A stretch of DNA of 64,000 bases from an uncultured delta proteobacterium (GTDB taxonomy: Bacteria; Desulfobacterota; Desulfobacteria; Desulfobacterales; QNYZ01). The notes under the pieces were generated by a model. The model searched no databases and was not told the origin of the DNA. It saw only the letters and a list, made by a program, of their open reading frames with translations. How positions within the stretch are numbered: the stretch's first letter is position 1; every line of letters starts with the position of its first letter. Positions 51,489 through 61,569 of the stretch are shown piece by piece. Position numbers and translations under genes: made by a program. The DNA lies in contig CAWJQU010000005.1 in assembly GCA_963845145.1 (NCBI GenBank), positions 736,001-800,000 on the forward strand, given 5' to 3'.

Positions 51489-52010
51489 ATGAACAAAGAA
51501 GTACCGGAAACACCAAACATATTCAGTGATACCATCGATGGCCTAATCCGACGCGTCGGCCATGTTTTAATGTGGTCCAATTGCATTGTTATATTTGTCA
51601 TCATTCTTCAGGTTATTTTACGCTACGGGTTTGGCCGTGGCCTGGTCATTCTGGAGGAACTCCAGTGGCATTTTTATGCGGTCGGTTTCATGTTTGGCCT
51701 ATCCTATGCGGTCATGACGGACTCGCACGTGGGCATGGACCTGGTGTATGGTAGATTGAGCCCTAAATGGCAATGTCGATGGGATATTTTCGGCATTGTA
51801 TTTCTGTTTTTGCCGTTTGCGGGTCTCCTTTGTTATCAGAGCATCGATTTCGTCCATGAAGCCTGGCGGCTTAACGAACGCTCAGTGGCCCCCCAAGGAC
51901 TACCCTGGCGGTGGGCCATCAAATCCGTCTTGCCCATATCATTTGCCCTGGTCGTGTTGGCATCTCTGTCGCGTCTGATTCGTACCTTCGCAACTTTAAG
52001 GAGACTGTAG
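51489..52010 (+). CDS. dctQ: TRAP small permease
   Basis: 4 TM; EELQWHFYA, HVGMD. Confidence 0.92.
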   Translation: MNKEVPETPNIFSDTIDGLIRRVGHVLMWSNCIVIFVIILQVILRYGFGRGLVILEELQWHFYAVGFMFGLSYAVMTDSHVGMDLVYGRLSPKWQCRWDIFGIVFLFLPFAGLLCYQSIDFVHEAWRLNERSVAPQGLPWRWAIKSVLPISFALVVLASLSRLIRTFATLRRL

Positions 52011-52013
52011 GTT

Positions 52014-53399
52014 ATGGAGATCAGTGATTATTTAGTCGTCGCTATGTTCATGAGCTTTATCGCTCTTCTCTTTACCGGGTTTCCCATCGCCTGGGTGTTA
52101 GGGGGTACGGCGGTGATCTTCACCGGCGTTGGTATGTTGGCCGATCTGTATCTGGATGCCTTTACCGGAATTGATTACACCGTCTACAGCATGAACGTGA
52201 ACCGCGTCTACAGGCTTATGTACAACTGGGTACTGGTGGCCCTTCCCATGTTCATCTTCATGGGCATCATGCTGGATCGATCGGGTATTGCCGAAAAGAT
52301 GATGAAGTCCATCCAGAACCTGTTTGGAAAAGTGCACGGAGGTCTGGCTGTAACGGTCTGTCTGATCGGCGTCATTCTTGCGGCTTCCACCGGAATTGTG
52401 GGTGCTTCCGTTGTTTTGTTGGGCTTGTTAACCATTCCGGCCATGATGAAACAGGGCTATTCCAAAACGTTTGCCGTTGGCACCGTCGCCGGATCGGGTA
52501 CCCTCGGCATTTTAATCCCACCTAGTATTATGCTGGTTATCATGGCCGATCAGCTGGCCCTTTCCGTCGGTGATCTTTTTATGGGAGCTGTTTTCCCGGG
52601 CCTTATTCTGGGCGGCCTCTACGTTTCATACATTATTCTCTTCGGGCTGTTCAGGCCCAATGCCGTCCCACTGGACCCGGATCGCAAACCCATTAACGTA
52701 CGCATGATCTGGGATGCTCTCAAAGATATCCTGCCGGCGGGGATGTTGATTCTTGCCGTTCTCGGCTCGATATTTGCGGGTATCACAACACCTACCGAAG
52801 CCAGTGGGGTAGGGGCTCTGGGTGCAATCGTTCTGACGATCTTCAACAAAAAATTTTCATGGACCGTTTTAAAAGAAGTAACGTCCTCCTGCTTCAATAC
52901 CACCGCTTATATCTATGGCATCCTCATCGGTGCCACGGCCTTTGCATTGGTGCTTCGTAGTTTAGGGGGCGATGAATTTATAGAAGGCATACTGCTATCG
53001 TTACCTTTTGGGCCATACGGGATTTTGGTTTTTATCCTATTTTGCGTATTTCTTCTGGGCTTTTTCCTGGATTGGATAGAAATTACTTTGATTATCCTGC
53101 CTTTGGTTGCACCGGTCATTGAAAACCTGGGGCTACCGATTAACGGCTATGGGGTTGTGGATAACCCTGCTTTGGTTTGGTTTACGATTCTGATCGCTGT
53201 AACGCTTCAAACATCGTTTCTGTCGCCTCCGGTCGGATTTGCCTTGTTCTATCTAAAAGGCATCTGTCCGCCTGAAGTGACGCTCGGTGATATTTACAAG
53301 GGGGTTATCCCATTTATCATTCTCCAATTGATCGGTTTACTCATTATCGCCTATTGGCCTCAACTCGTCACCTGGCTGCCCGCCGTCGCTTATCGCTGA
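52014..53399 (+). CDS. dctM: TRAP large permease
   Basis: ALPMFIFMG, GILIPPS, TPTEAS, SPPVG. Confidence 0.95.
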   Translation: MEISDYLVVAMFMSFIALLFTGFPIAWVLGGTAVIFTGVGMLADLYLDAFTGIDYTVYSMNVNRVYRLMYNWVLVALPMFIFMGIMLDRSGIAEKMMKSIQNLFGKVHGGLAVTVCLIGVILAASTGIVGASVVLLGLLTIPAMMKQGYSKTFAVGTVAGSGTLGILIPPSIMLVIMADQLALSVGDLFMGAVFPGLILGGLYVSYIILFGLFRPNAVPLDPDRKPINVRMIWDALKDILPAGMLILAVLGSIFAGITTPTEASGVGALGAIVLTIFNKKFSWTVLKEVTSSCFNTTAYIYGILIGATAFALVLRSLGGDEFIEGILLSLPFGPYGILVFILFCVFLLGFFLDWIEITLIILPLVAPVIENLGLPINGYGVVDNPALVWFTILIAVTLQTSFLSPPVGFALFYLKGICPPEVTLGDIYKGVIPFIILQLIGLLIIAYWPQLVTWLPAVAYR

Positions 53400-53417
53400 T
53401 GTATTTGGAAAATTACC

Positions 53418-53443
53418 CTATCCGGTTCTCTTGAACCGGATAG
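53418..53443. terminator. Hairpin between convergent operons
   Basis: ctatccggttc-tctt-gaaccggatag. Confidence 0.7.
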
Positions 53444-53446
53444 CCA

Positions 53447-54319
53447 TTAGGCTTCAAGAAAGGCCGATATCTCGTTGTCCCTGACAATATTTGGCTGAAA
53501 TAAAATCGAGTAGTGGTTCGTCCCTTTTATATCGACACATCGTGCGTTGGGGATGTCTTCCAGCATTTTATCAACTGCGTGATCAGGCAGCAGGATATCA
53601 TCAGGGGATAGAATCCCTTCCGTTGCACGGAGGATCAGCACCGGGCAACTGAGTTTGGAATAAAATTGAGCGGTACCGGTCTCCCGTTTATTGGATACTT
53701 CTTCACGAATGTGGCGGGGCTGGATTCTTGAGCGCACACCACCCTGATCTTCTATCACATCATAGCGAAAATAGGTTTCGATTTCATCGGACCAAGGCTG
53801 AAGAAAAGGCGCCAGCTTCATGAGATCCAGATAAGCATCAACAGAAGGAAAGGTCCGCTCCAGCCGATCAATGGCGGGTTTGATGGCCTCGGTCACCTTG
53901 TCCCAATGCGCCGGGGACAAATCTCCCCCGGCATCAATCAGAATCAGCCCGGCCACCCGCTCCGGGTATCGTGCCGCGAAACCCATGGATATGTACCCAC
54001 CCAGTGAATGCCCCATCAGGATGGCATTGTCCAACTCAAGATTATCCATCACGCATTTTAAGTCCCCCAGGTGATGTTCTTCCGAATAGCCGGTTTCGGG
54101 TTTATCCGACAACCCTCTTCCCCGCAGATCCACCGCCAAAAGCCGGTGTTTGGACGCAACGGCAGGCGCAATGACATCCCAGCAACGGCAGTTTGCCGTG
54201 AGTCCGTGGACACTGATTACATTTTTCCCATGGCCGGCCCAGTCTGCCAGCTGGATGTTAACGCCGTCTCCTTTGGCGGTCATCATTGATGGTTCCGTCA
54301 TAACGATGCTCCGTTTCAT
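53447..54319 (-). CDS. Alpha/beta hydrolase (Ser esterase type)
   Basis: VHGL oxyanion, DLRGRG, GHSLGG, C-terminal His (NHYS). Confidence 0.92.
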   Translation of the reverse strand: MKRSIVMTEPSMMTAKGDGVNIQLADWAGHGKNVISVHGLTANCRCWDVIAPAVASKHRLLAVDLRGRGLSDKPETGYSEEHHLGDLKCVMDNLELDNAILMGHSLGGYISMGFAARYPERVAGLILIDAGGDLSPAHWDKVTEAIKPAIDRLERTFPSVDAYLDLMKLAPFLQPWSDEIETYFRYDVIEDQGGVRSRIQPRHIREEVSNKRETGTAQFYSKLSCPVLILRATEGILSPDDILLPDHAVDKMLEDIPNARCVDIKGTNHYSILFQPNIVRDNEISAFLEA

Positions 54320-54367
54320 TGTTAAAAATTGAATCGCTTAAGCGACCGGTATCAGCCTTTTTCCGGC

Positions 54368-55429
54368 CTAACGCGCCCGAATCCATTTTACGATTTGGGG
54401 ACAGATGGTCTTATATGACCGACTACCCACAAAGATGCCCACATGGCCGGTATCGACCGCTATCGTTTTGGTGTCTTTGGAACCCACTTTTTCGGCCAGA
54501 GGTTTTGAGGAAGCCGGCGGGGCAAGATAATCGTTTTTTCCGTATACATTAAGAAGCGGGCATCGAATGTTTCCAAGATCTACCTTTTCACCGTTGATCC
54601 TAAGTTTATTTTTTATAAGAAGATTTTTCTGGAATAGCTTTCCGATATATTCCCTGAAAACCTCCCCGGACATATCCGGACTGTCAAATATCCATTTTTC
54701 CATGCGAAGAAATGTGCTCACAAGTTTTGGGTTCTCGATATCGTCTAAAAACCGGACATATTTATTGACCGCGTCCACCGGCGTGACAAGAAGGTACAGA
54801 AAATTGGCCAGATCACCTGGAATATTGCCGAGAACATTGGCTATTTTATCGACATCAAATTTTTTAGCCCATAAAAAAAGAAGGGCGTCGTCCACATCGA
54901 AATCAGTCGGTGTCGCCAGCGTGATCAGATTTTTTACTTTTTCCGGATGAAGCGCGGTATAGATAACATTGAAAGTCCCCCCCATACATATGCCCATGAG
55001 GTTGATTTTTTCTACATTTCCATCCGATCTAATTTGGTCGATCGCCTTGTCTAAATAATAATTTAAATAATCGTCCAGCGTCAGATACCGGTCTGCACCT
55101 GTCGGATAGCCCCAATCGATTATATAAACATCCAGGCCTTTGTTCAAAAGATTTTGTACAAAACTTCTGCCCGGTTCCAGGTCGAGCATGATATGGCGAT
55201 TGATCAGGGCATACACAATCAATACCGGGGTTCGATGGATCGTTTTGGTTTTTTCAGTCGGGTAGTAATGCAGGAGTTTCATTTTATCTTCTGCAAATAC
55301 GACTTCTGCCGGGGTCTGCCCAACGTCATAATCCACATCCCCGGTGAGGACCTCCGATGCCTTGATCAGTTTCTGCGGAAAGGCCTTCAAATCCTTTTCT
55401 ACACTTTCAATGAATTCCTGGTATGGCAT
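54368..55429 (-). CDS. phaC: Class III PHA synthase catalytic subunit
   Basis: PVLIVYALINR, GICMGG, RMEKWIFDSPD, catalytic D and GHVG. Confidence 0.96.
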   Translation of the reverse strand: MPYQEFIESVEKDLKAFPQKLIKASEVLTGDVDYDVGQTPAEVVFAEDKMKLLHYYPTEKTKTIHRTPVLIVYALINRHIMLDLEPGRSFVQNLLNKGLDVYIIDWGYPTGADRYLTLDDYLNYYLDKAIDQIRSDGNVEKINLMGICMGGTFNVIYTALHPEKVKNLITLATPTDFDVDDALLFLWAKKFDVDKIANVLGNIPGDLANFLYLLVTPVDAVNKYVRFLDDIENPKLVSTFLRMEKWIFDSPDMSGEVFREYIGKLFQKNLLIKNKLRINGEKVDLGNIRCPLLNVYGKNDYLAPPASSKPLAEKVGSKDTKTIAVDTGHVGIFVGSRSYKTICPQIVKWIRAR

Positions 55430-56256
55430 TAAGACTTTTTCACCTTATCTGACTTTTTTTCCGCCTGGTTTTTTTTGGATGTGGGGACTGGTGATGTTTT
55501 CCGCTTACCCGATGGGGCCGTTAATCCCGCCTCAATTGACTTAATTTTATCGTTTAACCGATTTATGCATATTTGTTGGTCCGCAATCTGTTTATCCTGC
55601 TTTCGAACTTGTTTTTTTAACTGATACATATTCCTATAGACGTCCTCCATCTCTTTTGTCGTGGGTATGGAGAATGATTTTAGCCAAACATCCTTGGCCC
55701 CATCCGATTTTTCCCGGTAGGTCACATAACTTTGAATGACTTCGGCGACATCCTGAACGCCCTCCGGTGATTTAAGATAATCGTCATAATCCTTCTCGAG
55801 AATGCCGATTGTTAAGTCATAAAACGCTTGTGGGCTTTTAAAGCCATTTTCTGAGACCTCTTTGGATTTCAGTACCTGATCCAAATTATTAAACGATTTT
55901 TCCATCGGCCGGCTGAATTTTACTAAAAAATCACTTAACGCGGCTGTAAATTGCTGGTGCCCGTCCGTTGCATCCATCAGTTGATGCAAGACCTCTCTAT
56001 AAACACCCAACTGGGGACCTTTTAGGAATTTGCCCGCAACTTCTTTATAAAACAGAAGATAGTTTTCAGGCAGCCCCCGAACCATTTTCTCCCAACGCTC
56101 ATCACGGTTTTCTGTTCCCGAATTAAATACTGTTTTTAATAATTCACAGTATAGTGATCCACTGTGAAGCATTTTTTCGAATATTTTGTTTTGGGTATCG
56201 GTATCCATAAAAACTTTCCGTAAAAACTTTCCGTTATTCATTATCCGCTTGGCCAT
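55429..56256 (-). CDS. phaE: PHA synthase subunit PhaE (start uncertain, possibly 56208)
   Basis: PQLGVYRE, IPTTKEMEDVYRNMYQLKK, Lys-rich tail; abuts phaC. Confidence 0.88.
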   Translation of the reverse strand: MAKRIMNNGKFLRKVFMDTDTQNKIFEKMLHSGSLYCELLKTVFNSGTENRDERWEKMVRGLPENYLLFYKEVAGKFLKGPQLGVYREVLHQLMDATDGHQQFTAALSDFLVKFSRPMEKSFNNLDQVLKSKEVSENGFKSPQAFYDLTIGILEKDYDDYLKSPEGVQDVAEVIQSYVTYREKSDGAKDVWLKSFSIPTTKEMEDVYRNMYQLKKQVRKQDKQIADQQICINRLNDKIKSIEAGLTAPSGKRKTSPVPTSKKNQAEKKSDKVKKS

Positions 56257-57757
56257 GCTTTTCTTTGAGCAGAAATTTCTGGATCTTACCGGACGCTGCC
56301 GTTCGGGGCAGCGCCTTCATCACGGTCATATATTTAGGAATTTTAAATTTTCCCAGCCGGTCTTTAAGAAAATCCTGAAGTTCCATCAGTGTCACCGACG
56401 CTTCCTCTTTTAACTCCACCAACGCTTTTCCCACCTCGCCCCATTTGTCGTCGGCAACACCGATCACGGCAGCAGCAGCGATCTTCGGATGCATCTCGAT
56501 CACCCGTTCAATCTCCGCCGGATAAATATTGATCCCCCCTGAGATCAGCATATCTTTTTTACGACCGACAATGGCAAGGTGGCCGTCTTCATCCACACTT
56601 GCCAGATCTCCGGTGGAAAACCAGCCATTCTCCATGGCCGCCTCGGTTTCCTTCGGCTTGTTCCAGTACCCGGCGCACAGGTGGTCGCCGCGGATCAGGA
56701 GTTCCCCTTCGCCGCCTTGCGGCACTTCATTTCCCTTGGGGTCTGTGATCTTGATATCCACATGGAACATGGGATGGCCGACACGACCCAGTTTTCCATT
56801 GGCTAAAAAATTATTCGGTCCCGCTTCGGTCAGGCCATAACCTTCCCAGAGGTGAATTTTTTTTCGTTTTTGGAAAACATCGGCAATCGTTTTTGGCAAT
56901 GGCGCCCCCCCGGATACCATAAAGCGGATGGAGGAAAGATCGGCCTGGGCAAAACGAGGGGAGTCGATCAGCATTTGAAACATGGTCGGCACACCAAAAA
57001 ACAGTGTCAGGCGTTCATTTTCGATAAGATCTAAAACCAGATCGGCCTCAAAGGTTCGAATCAATACATTGGTCCCCCGGCAGTGAAAAAGCGGCAGGGT
57101 AAAGATATTCCAGCCTGCCGTGTAAAACAGGGCCGCGTGGAGCACCGTACGATCATCGGAACGAAGATCCCATCCGATATTGGTGTTAAAAGAGTTCCAA
57201 GTCGTCATCTGGTGGGTCAGGATGACCCCTTTGGGCAAACCAGTCGTGCCGGAGGTATAAATGATCACCTGGGGGTCGCCGGCCTCAATGTGAACCGGCG
57301 GGGGCGGTTTACTGGAAAGATCGTCCCAAACTTCTGCCAGGCTTTTACCGCTGGTGGTGTCGGAATCAAAACAGACGGCATACTTCACGCCCACTCTTTG
57401 TTTCAAACCTTCTACAATTGACTGATGATGCACATCGAAAAAAAAGGCCGCCGGCTCCGCATCTTCCAGAAAATAGATATACTCCTCACGGGCCAGTCGA
57501 AAATTTAACGGAACCAGGATCGCCCCCAATCGACTGGTTGCAAAAAATAAAATGATATACTCGGTACGATTCAATGCTAAAACGGCCACTCGATCGCCTT
57601 TGACGATGCCAAGTTCCATGCGTAGAAAATTGGCCATGCGGTGAACCGCATCGGCCAGATCGCCATAGGTGTAGCGCTTATTTGTGATGGCATCATATAA
57701 CGCTTCCTTTTCTGGAAAACTGGTTCCCCACCGCCCAATCCAGTCACCGTAAAGCAT
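56234..57757 (-). CDS. Acyl-CoA synthetase (long-chain/MenE-like)
   Basis: YTSGTTGLPKG, GYGLTE, TGD, ISGGINIYP. Confidence 0.93.
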   Translation of the reverse strand: MLYGDWIGRWGTSFPEKEALYDAITNKRYTYGDLADAVHRMANFLRMELGIVKGDRVAVLALNRTEYIILFFATSRLGAILVPLNFRLAREEYIYFLEDAEPAAFFFDVHHQSIVEGLKQRVGVKYAVCFDSDTTSGKSLAEVWDDLSSKPPPPVHIEAGDPQVIIYTSGTTGLPKGVILTHQMTTWNSFNTNIGWDLRSDDRTVLHAALFYTAGWNIFTLPLFHCRGTNVLIRTFEADLVLDLIENERLTLFFGVPTMFQMLIDSPRFAQADLSSIRFMVSGGAPLPKTIADVFQKRKKIHLWEGYGLTEAGPNNFLANGKLGRVGHPMFHVDIKITDPKGNEVPQGGEGELLIRGDHLCAGYWNKPKETEAAMENGWFSTGDLASVDEDGHLAIVGRKKDMLISGGINIYPAEIERVIEMHPKIAAAAVIGVADDKWGEVGKALVELKEEASVTLMELQDFLKDRLGKFKIPKYMTVMKALPRTAASGKIQKFLLKEKHGQADNE

Positions 57758-57837
57758 CTGTTCAGCCCTCCTCTATCCGCTGGCCTAAATTCAATGATGC
57801 CAACCTCGCAAATAAGCCATGATCAAATGTCCCCATT

Positions 57838-58935
57838 TTAGTCGGAAGACGTCGCCTTTCGTTGTAGTAGGAAATCCTGAATCGTACCAATGATGCCCTT
57901 GGGAAAGAAAAAGACCACCAAAATGAACAATACACCGAAAATCAGCAGCCATCTTTCCATGACAGAATGAAGCAGGTGCGCATTGGGTAGCAGGCTTTGG
58001 GTCAAATTCTGAAGATCAGGCAAAAACGTATATGCGATCATCAAAAATGCGGCACCGGCCAGGCCGCCGTAAAGCGTCCCCATGCCGCCGATGATCACCA
58101 TCAAAAGGACATCGAGCATGATAGGGATACCCAAAACAGACTCCGGGTTGGCATAAGCGACCCACATAACATACAACCCGCCGAGAATGGTGGCGACCAG
58201 GCATCCAAAGCAGATGGAGATCGCCTTAAATACAAACGTTTTGTAGCCGATGGCTTCCGCGCGGGGTTCATTGTCACGAATGGCTTGCAATACGCGGCCC
58301 AGGGGCGAGTCGATGAACCGCACCATCAATAGAAATAGGCTCAAAGCGACAACGAAGACAAAATAGTAGGTTATAATTCTTCCTTTAATTTCGAGACCTA
58401 AAAACGTCCCCATTTGATACGACGTTTTAAATATACCCGGCATGCTGATGAGAATGCCATCTTCCCCGCCGGTAAACCCACTAAGTTTGGTAGCAATAAT
58501 GATTGCAAATTCGGCGATCGCCAGCGTGACCATGGCAAAAAAGATCGCTTTCACCCGCAGCGACAGAAAACTGATCAGCATCGCCAAAATAAGTGTAATA
58601 CCCATGGCGATGATGAAACCGATCAACAAATTGATATAACTGGGGCTTCCATATTTTCCCACGAGCATGGCGACACTGTAGGAGCCGATTCCGAAAAACA
58701 TCACATGCCCAAAACTCAAGATTCCCGTATAACCAAGCAGGATATCGAAGCTGGTCACTAGAACAGCAAATATCATAATTTTTAGGGCCAGATCGATCAC
58801 CTTGAAAGATGGAAATACAAACGGCACCATAAAAAATATGACCACCAGCGCTATCTTAAGATAGAATGTACCGGTCTTAAAATATTTGTCTTTCTCTTCC
58901 CGCCGAAAGATCTGAACGGGTGTCAACTCAGCCAT
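57838..58935 (-). CDS. LivM-like permease
   Basis: LSFGH.MFFG, AIRDNE.RA, FPKGI. Confidence 0.92.
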   Translation of the reverse strand: MAELTPVQIFRREEKDKYFKTGTFYLKIALVVIFFMVPFVFPSFKVIDLALKIMIFAVLVTSFDILLGYTGILSFGHVMFFGIGSYSVAMLVGKYGSPSYINLLIGFIIAMGITLILAMLISFLSLRVKAIFFAMVTLAIAEFAIIIATKLSGFTGGEDGILISMPGIFKTSYQMGTFLGLEIKGRIITYYFVFVVALSLFLLMVRFIDSPLGRVLQAIRDNEPRAEAIGYKTFVFKAISICFGCLVATILGGLYVMWVAYANPESVLGIPIMLDVLLMVIIGGMGTLYGGLAGAAFLMIAYTFLPDLQNLTQSLLPNAHLLHSVMERWLLIFGVLFILVVFFFPKGIIGTIQDFLLQRKATSSD

Positions 58936-58947
58936 CGTGCTACCTCT

Positions 58948-59937
58948 TTATTTGCCTGCTGCGAAAAGCCCTGTGGGTTTAATGAGTAAAATGACCACCA
59001 TGATGAGTATGTTTACCCCCATGGCGAGCGGCGGAAACAGGTAGGCCACGTAATTGTAAGATAATCCTACAATAAGTGCGCCCACCAACGAACCGGTAAT
59101 GCTTCCCAGCCCCCCGATGATCACAACGATGAAAGCAAAAATGAGGTAGGCACCCCCCATTTCCGAATAAACCTGCTGGGTGAACATGGACATGGTTACG
59201 CCGCCTACGGCGGCAAGTCCCGCGCCAACGGCAAATACCGCCGTGAACAGCAGATAAACATTATGCCCCATCGCCTGAACCATATCGGGATCTTCCACGC
59301 CTGCGCGCACGATTTTGCCCACCTTCGTATTTTTTAATACAAATTGAATGATGCCATAAACCATCAAGCCGATAACAATAGCGATAATCGGATATTTTAA
59401 AACAATCACATCGAAGATATCCCAATTGCCCTTGAAGGTTGCCGGGACCGGCATGACCTCGTCATTGGGACCCCAGACAATTTTAATCAGTTCGGTCAAC
59501 ACCACCATTCCGCCAAACGTGATGAGAATCTGAAACAAATGCGACCCATATACGCGTCGGACCAGTACACGCTCCACCACAATTCCCACTCCGGCGACGA
59601 CGATCATGGCCGCGACTATGGCCATGAAAAATACAAGAAGGTTTTTGAGGACCGAAGGGGCGACCACCAAAGATTCGAAATATTTAAACACGGTAAAAGC
59701 GACATAAGCTCCCCAGGCGAAGCATACCCCGTGGGCAAAATTGATCACATCCATCAAGCCGAAAATCAGGCTGAGACCTGAAGCGATCAAAAATAACATC
59801 ATTCCCACGGCGACCCCGGCAATGGTCAGGGTTAGGTAGGTTTTAAAATCCATTCCCAAAAGAGGTAGCAAAAATAGAGTCATGGCTCCCAGGATGAAAA
59901 ATTCCCGACCCCGACGCTGTAAAATGGTTTCCGCCAT
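58948..59937 (-). CDS. LivH-like permease
   Basis: INFAHG, IIGGLGS, KPTGLF. Confidence 0.92.
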   Translation of the reverse strand: MAETILQRRGREFFILGAMTLFLLPLLGMDFKTYLTLTIAGVAVGMMLFLIASGLSLIFGLMDVINFAHGVCFAWGAYVAFTVFKYFESLVVAPSVLKNLLVFFMAIVAAMIVVAGVGIVVERVLVRRVYGSHLFQILITFGGMVVLTELIKIVWGPNDEVMPVPATFKGNWDIFDVIVLKYPIIAIVIGLMVYGIIQFVLKNTKVGKIVRAGVEDPDMVQAMGHNVYLLFTAVFAVGAGLAAVGGVTMSMFTQQVYSEMGGAYLIFAFIVVIIGGLGSITGSLVGALIVGLSYNYVAYLFPPLAMGVNILIMVVILLIKPTGLFAAGK

Positions 59938-59971
59938 GAGAGGTTATCCCTTTTTTATGCCTAAATTAATC

Positions 59972-60688
59972 CTATATCCCCGAGATACCGAGGTACTTGC
60001 TTTGCAGTTCTTTGTCGACGACCAGATCCGCCATCATCCCGCTGTGCACGACTTTTCCGTCATCTAGAATATGAAAGGTGTCGCCGACACTGCTGGCCAT
60101 GTAAAAATTCTGTTCCACCAGCACAACCACGCTATGTTGCTTGATCTGGTTGATGGCATTGATCAGGGCGTCGATAACGATGGGTGCCAAACCTTTGGTC
60201 GGTTCATCGATAAGCAGCAGGGTGATGTCGTTGACGATGGCCCGGGCAATGGCCAGCATCTGTTTCTGCCCGCCGCTAAGGTTTCCCGCCTTTGACTTCC
60301 AAAATTTTTTTAGGGCGGTAAACATTTCCAATATATGTTCCAGCCGCTGTTTCGATTCTGCGTCTTCACGAAGCATGGCGACCTGCATATTTTCTTCAAC
60401 CGTCAAGTCAGTGAAGATCCCCATGTGTTCAGGCACAAAACCAATTCCCAACCTGGCGATGTCATACGGTTTTTTATTTTGAATCTCATCGCCTTTGAAG
60501 AGAATTTTTCCTTGGGACGCCGGCAGAAGCCCCATGATGGTTTTTAAGGTCGAGCTTTTACCCGCGCCGTTTCGACCGATCAGAACAGTGACGCCATCGG
60601 CCTGGGCTTCAAAGGTTATGCCTTGCAGGATGTGGTGTTCACCGATATGGGTGTGAACGGCTTCGGCTGTTAAGATCGTCTCACTCAC
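59972..60688 (-). CDS. LivF-like ABC ATPase
   Basis: GRNGAGKS, LSGGQKQML; GGAGG before GTG 60688. Confidence 0.92.
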   Translation of the reverse strand: MSETILTAEAVHTHIGEHHILQGITFEAQADGVTVLIGRNGAGKSSTLKTIMGLLPASQGKILFKGDEIQNKKPYDIARLGIGFVPEHMGIFTDLTVEENMQVAMLREDAESKQRLEHILEMFTALKKFWKSKAGNLSGGQKQMLAIARAIVNDITLLLIDEPTKGLAPIVIDALINAINQIKQHSVVVLVEQNFYMASSVGDTFHILDDGKVVHSGMMADLVVDKELQSKYLGISGI

Positions 60689-61457
60689 GCTTGGTACCTC
60701 CGCCCAAATAGGCCTGTTGGACCGCCTCACTGCGATAGATCTCCTCCGGTTCGCCGTCGGCAATGAGTTTCCCCTCTTGGAGGACCATGATGGTATCCGA
60801 AAGCGACATGATCATATCCATTTTATGCTCCACCAGGAGCATCGTTCTGTTTCGGCCGTCCTTTATTTTTTGGAGCAGTTCCAAAATCGTCGGTACTTCC
60901 TCCTGGCTCATCCCTGCGGTCGGTTCATCCAAAAAGAGAATCTCGGATTCAAGCGCCAGCAAAATGGCAATTTCCAGTTTTCGTTTTTCGCCATGGGTCA
61001 AGGCCGCAGAGTTGGCATTCCATTTATCAGCGAGGAGTACATCTTCAAGAATACCATACGCCTCATCTTCCGCATCAGAAAAGTGCAGGTAGCTTCGCCA
61101 AAAATTCAATCCAAACCCTTGGCGCGACTGGACCGCTACCCTGACGTTTTCCAAAACGGTTAAGAGGGGAAAAATATTGGTCAATTGAAAGGATCGCCCC
61201 ATGCCCAGTTTGGTCCGCTCCGAAGGGCTCAATTTGGAAATATCCCTCCCTTTTAACAATACATGTCCCTCGGACTGTTTGTACTGCCCGGTCAGCATAT
61301 TGAAAAAGGTGGTTTTTCCCGCGCCATTGGGGCCGATGATCGCCTTAAGGGTAAAAGGTGCCATTTGAAAATTCACATGATCCACTGCCACATGGCCGCC
61401 AAAGCGTATCGTCAGATCCCTCGTTTCCAAGATGGGTTTTGTCTTTTCATCTACCAT
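60681..61457 (-). CDS. LivG-like ABC ATPase
   Basis: GPNGAGKTT, GRSFQ, LDEPTAG. Confidence 0.93.
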   Translation of the reverse strand: MVDEKTKPILETRDLTIRFGGHVAVDHVNFQMAPFTLKAIIGPNGAGKTTFFNMLTGQYKQSEGHVLLKGRDISKLSPSERTKLGMGRSFQLTNIFPLLTVLENVRVAVQSRQGFGLNFWRSYLHFSDAEDEAYGILEDVLLADKWNANSAALTHGEKRKLEIAILLALESEILFLDEPTAGMSQEEVPTILELLQKIKDGRNRTMLLVEHKMDMIMSLSDTIMVLQEGKLIADGEPEEIYRSEAVQQAYLGGGTKRE

Positions 61458-61503
61458 ATTGCGGTCTGTGGGAGTTCCCCAAAGCCTCCTTCAAATGCCA
61501 TTT

Positions 61504-61557
61504 CCTGCCCACCCGGCTGTCAGGCAGATCCCATCTTCGACAGCACGGGTGTGCAGG
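61504..61557. terminator. Intergenic stem-loop after binding-protein gene
   Basis: cctgcccacccggctgtc/gacagcacgggtgtgcagg imperfect IR. Confidence 0.55.
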
Positions 61558-61569
61558 TAGTGCGGTCCA

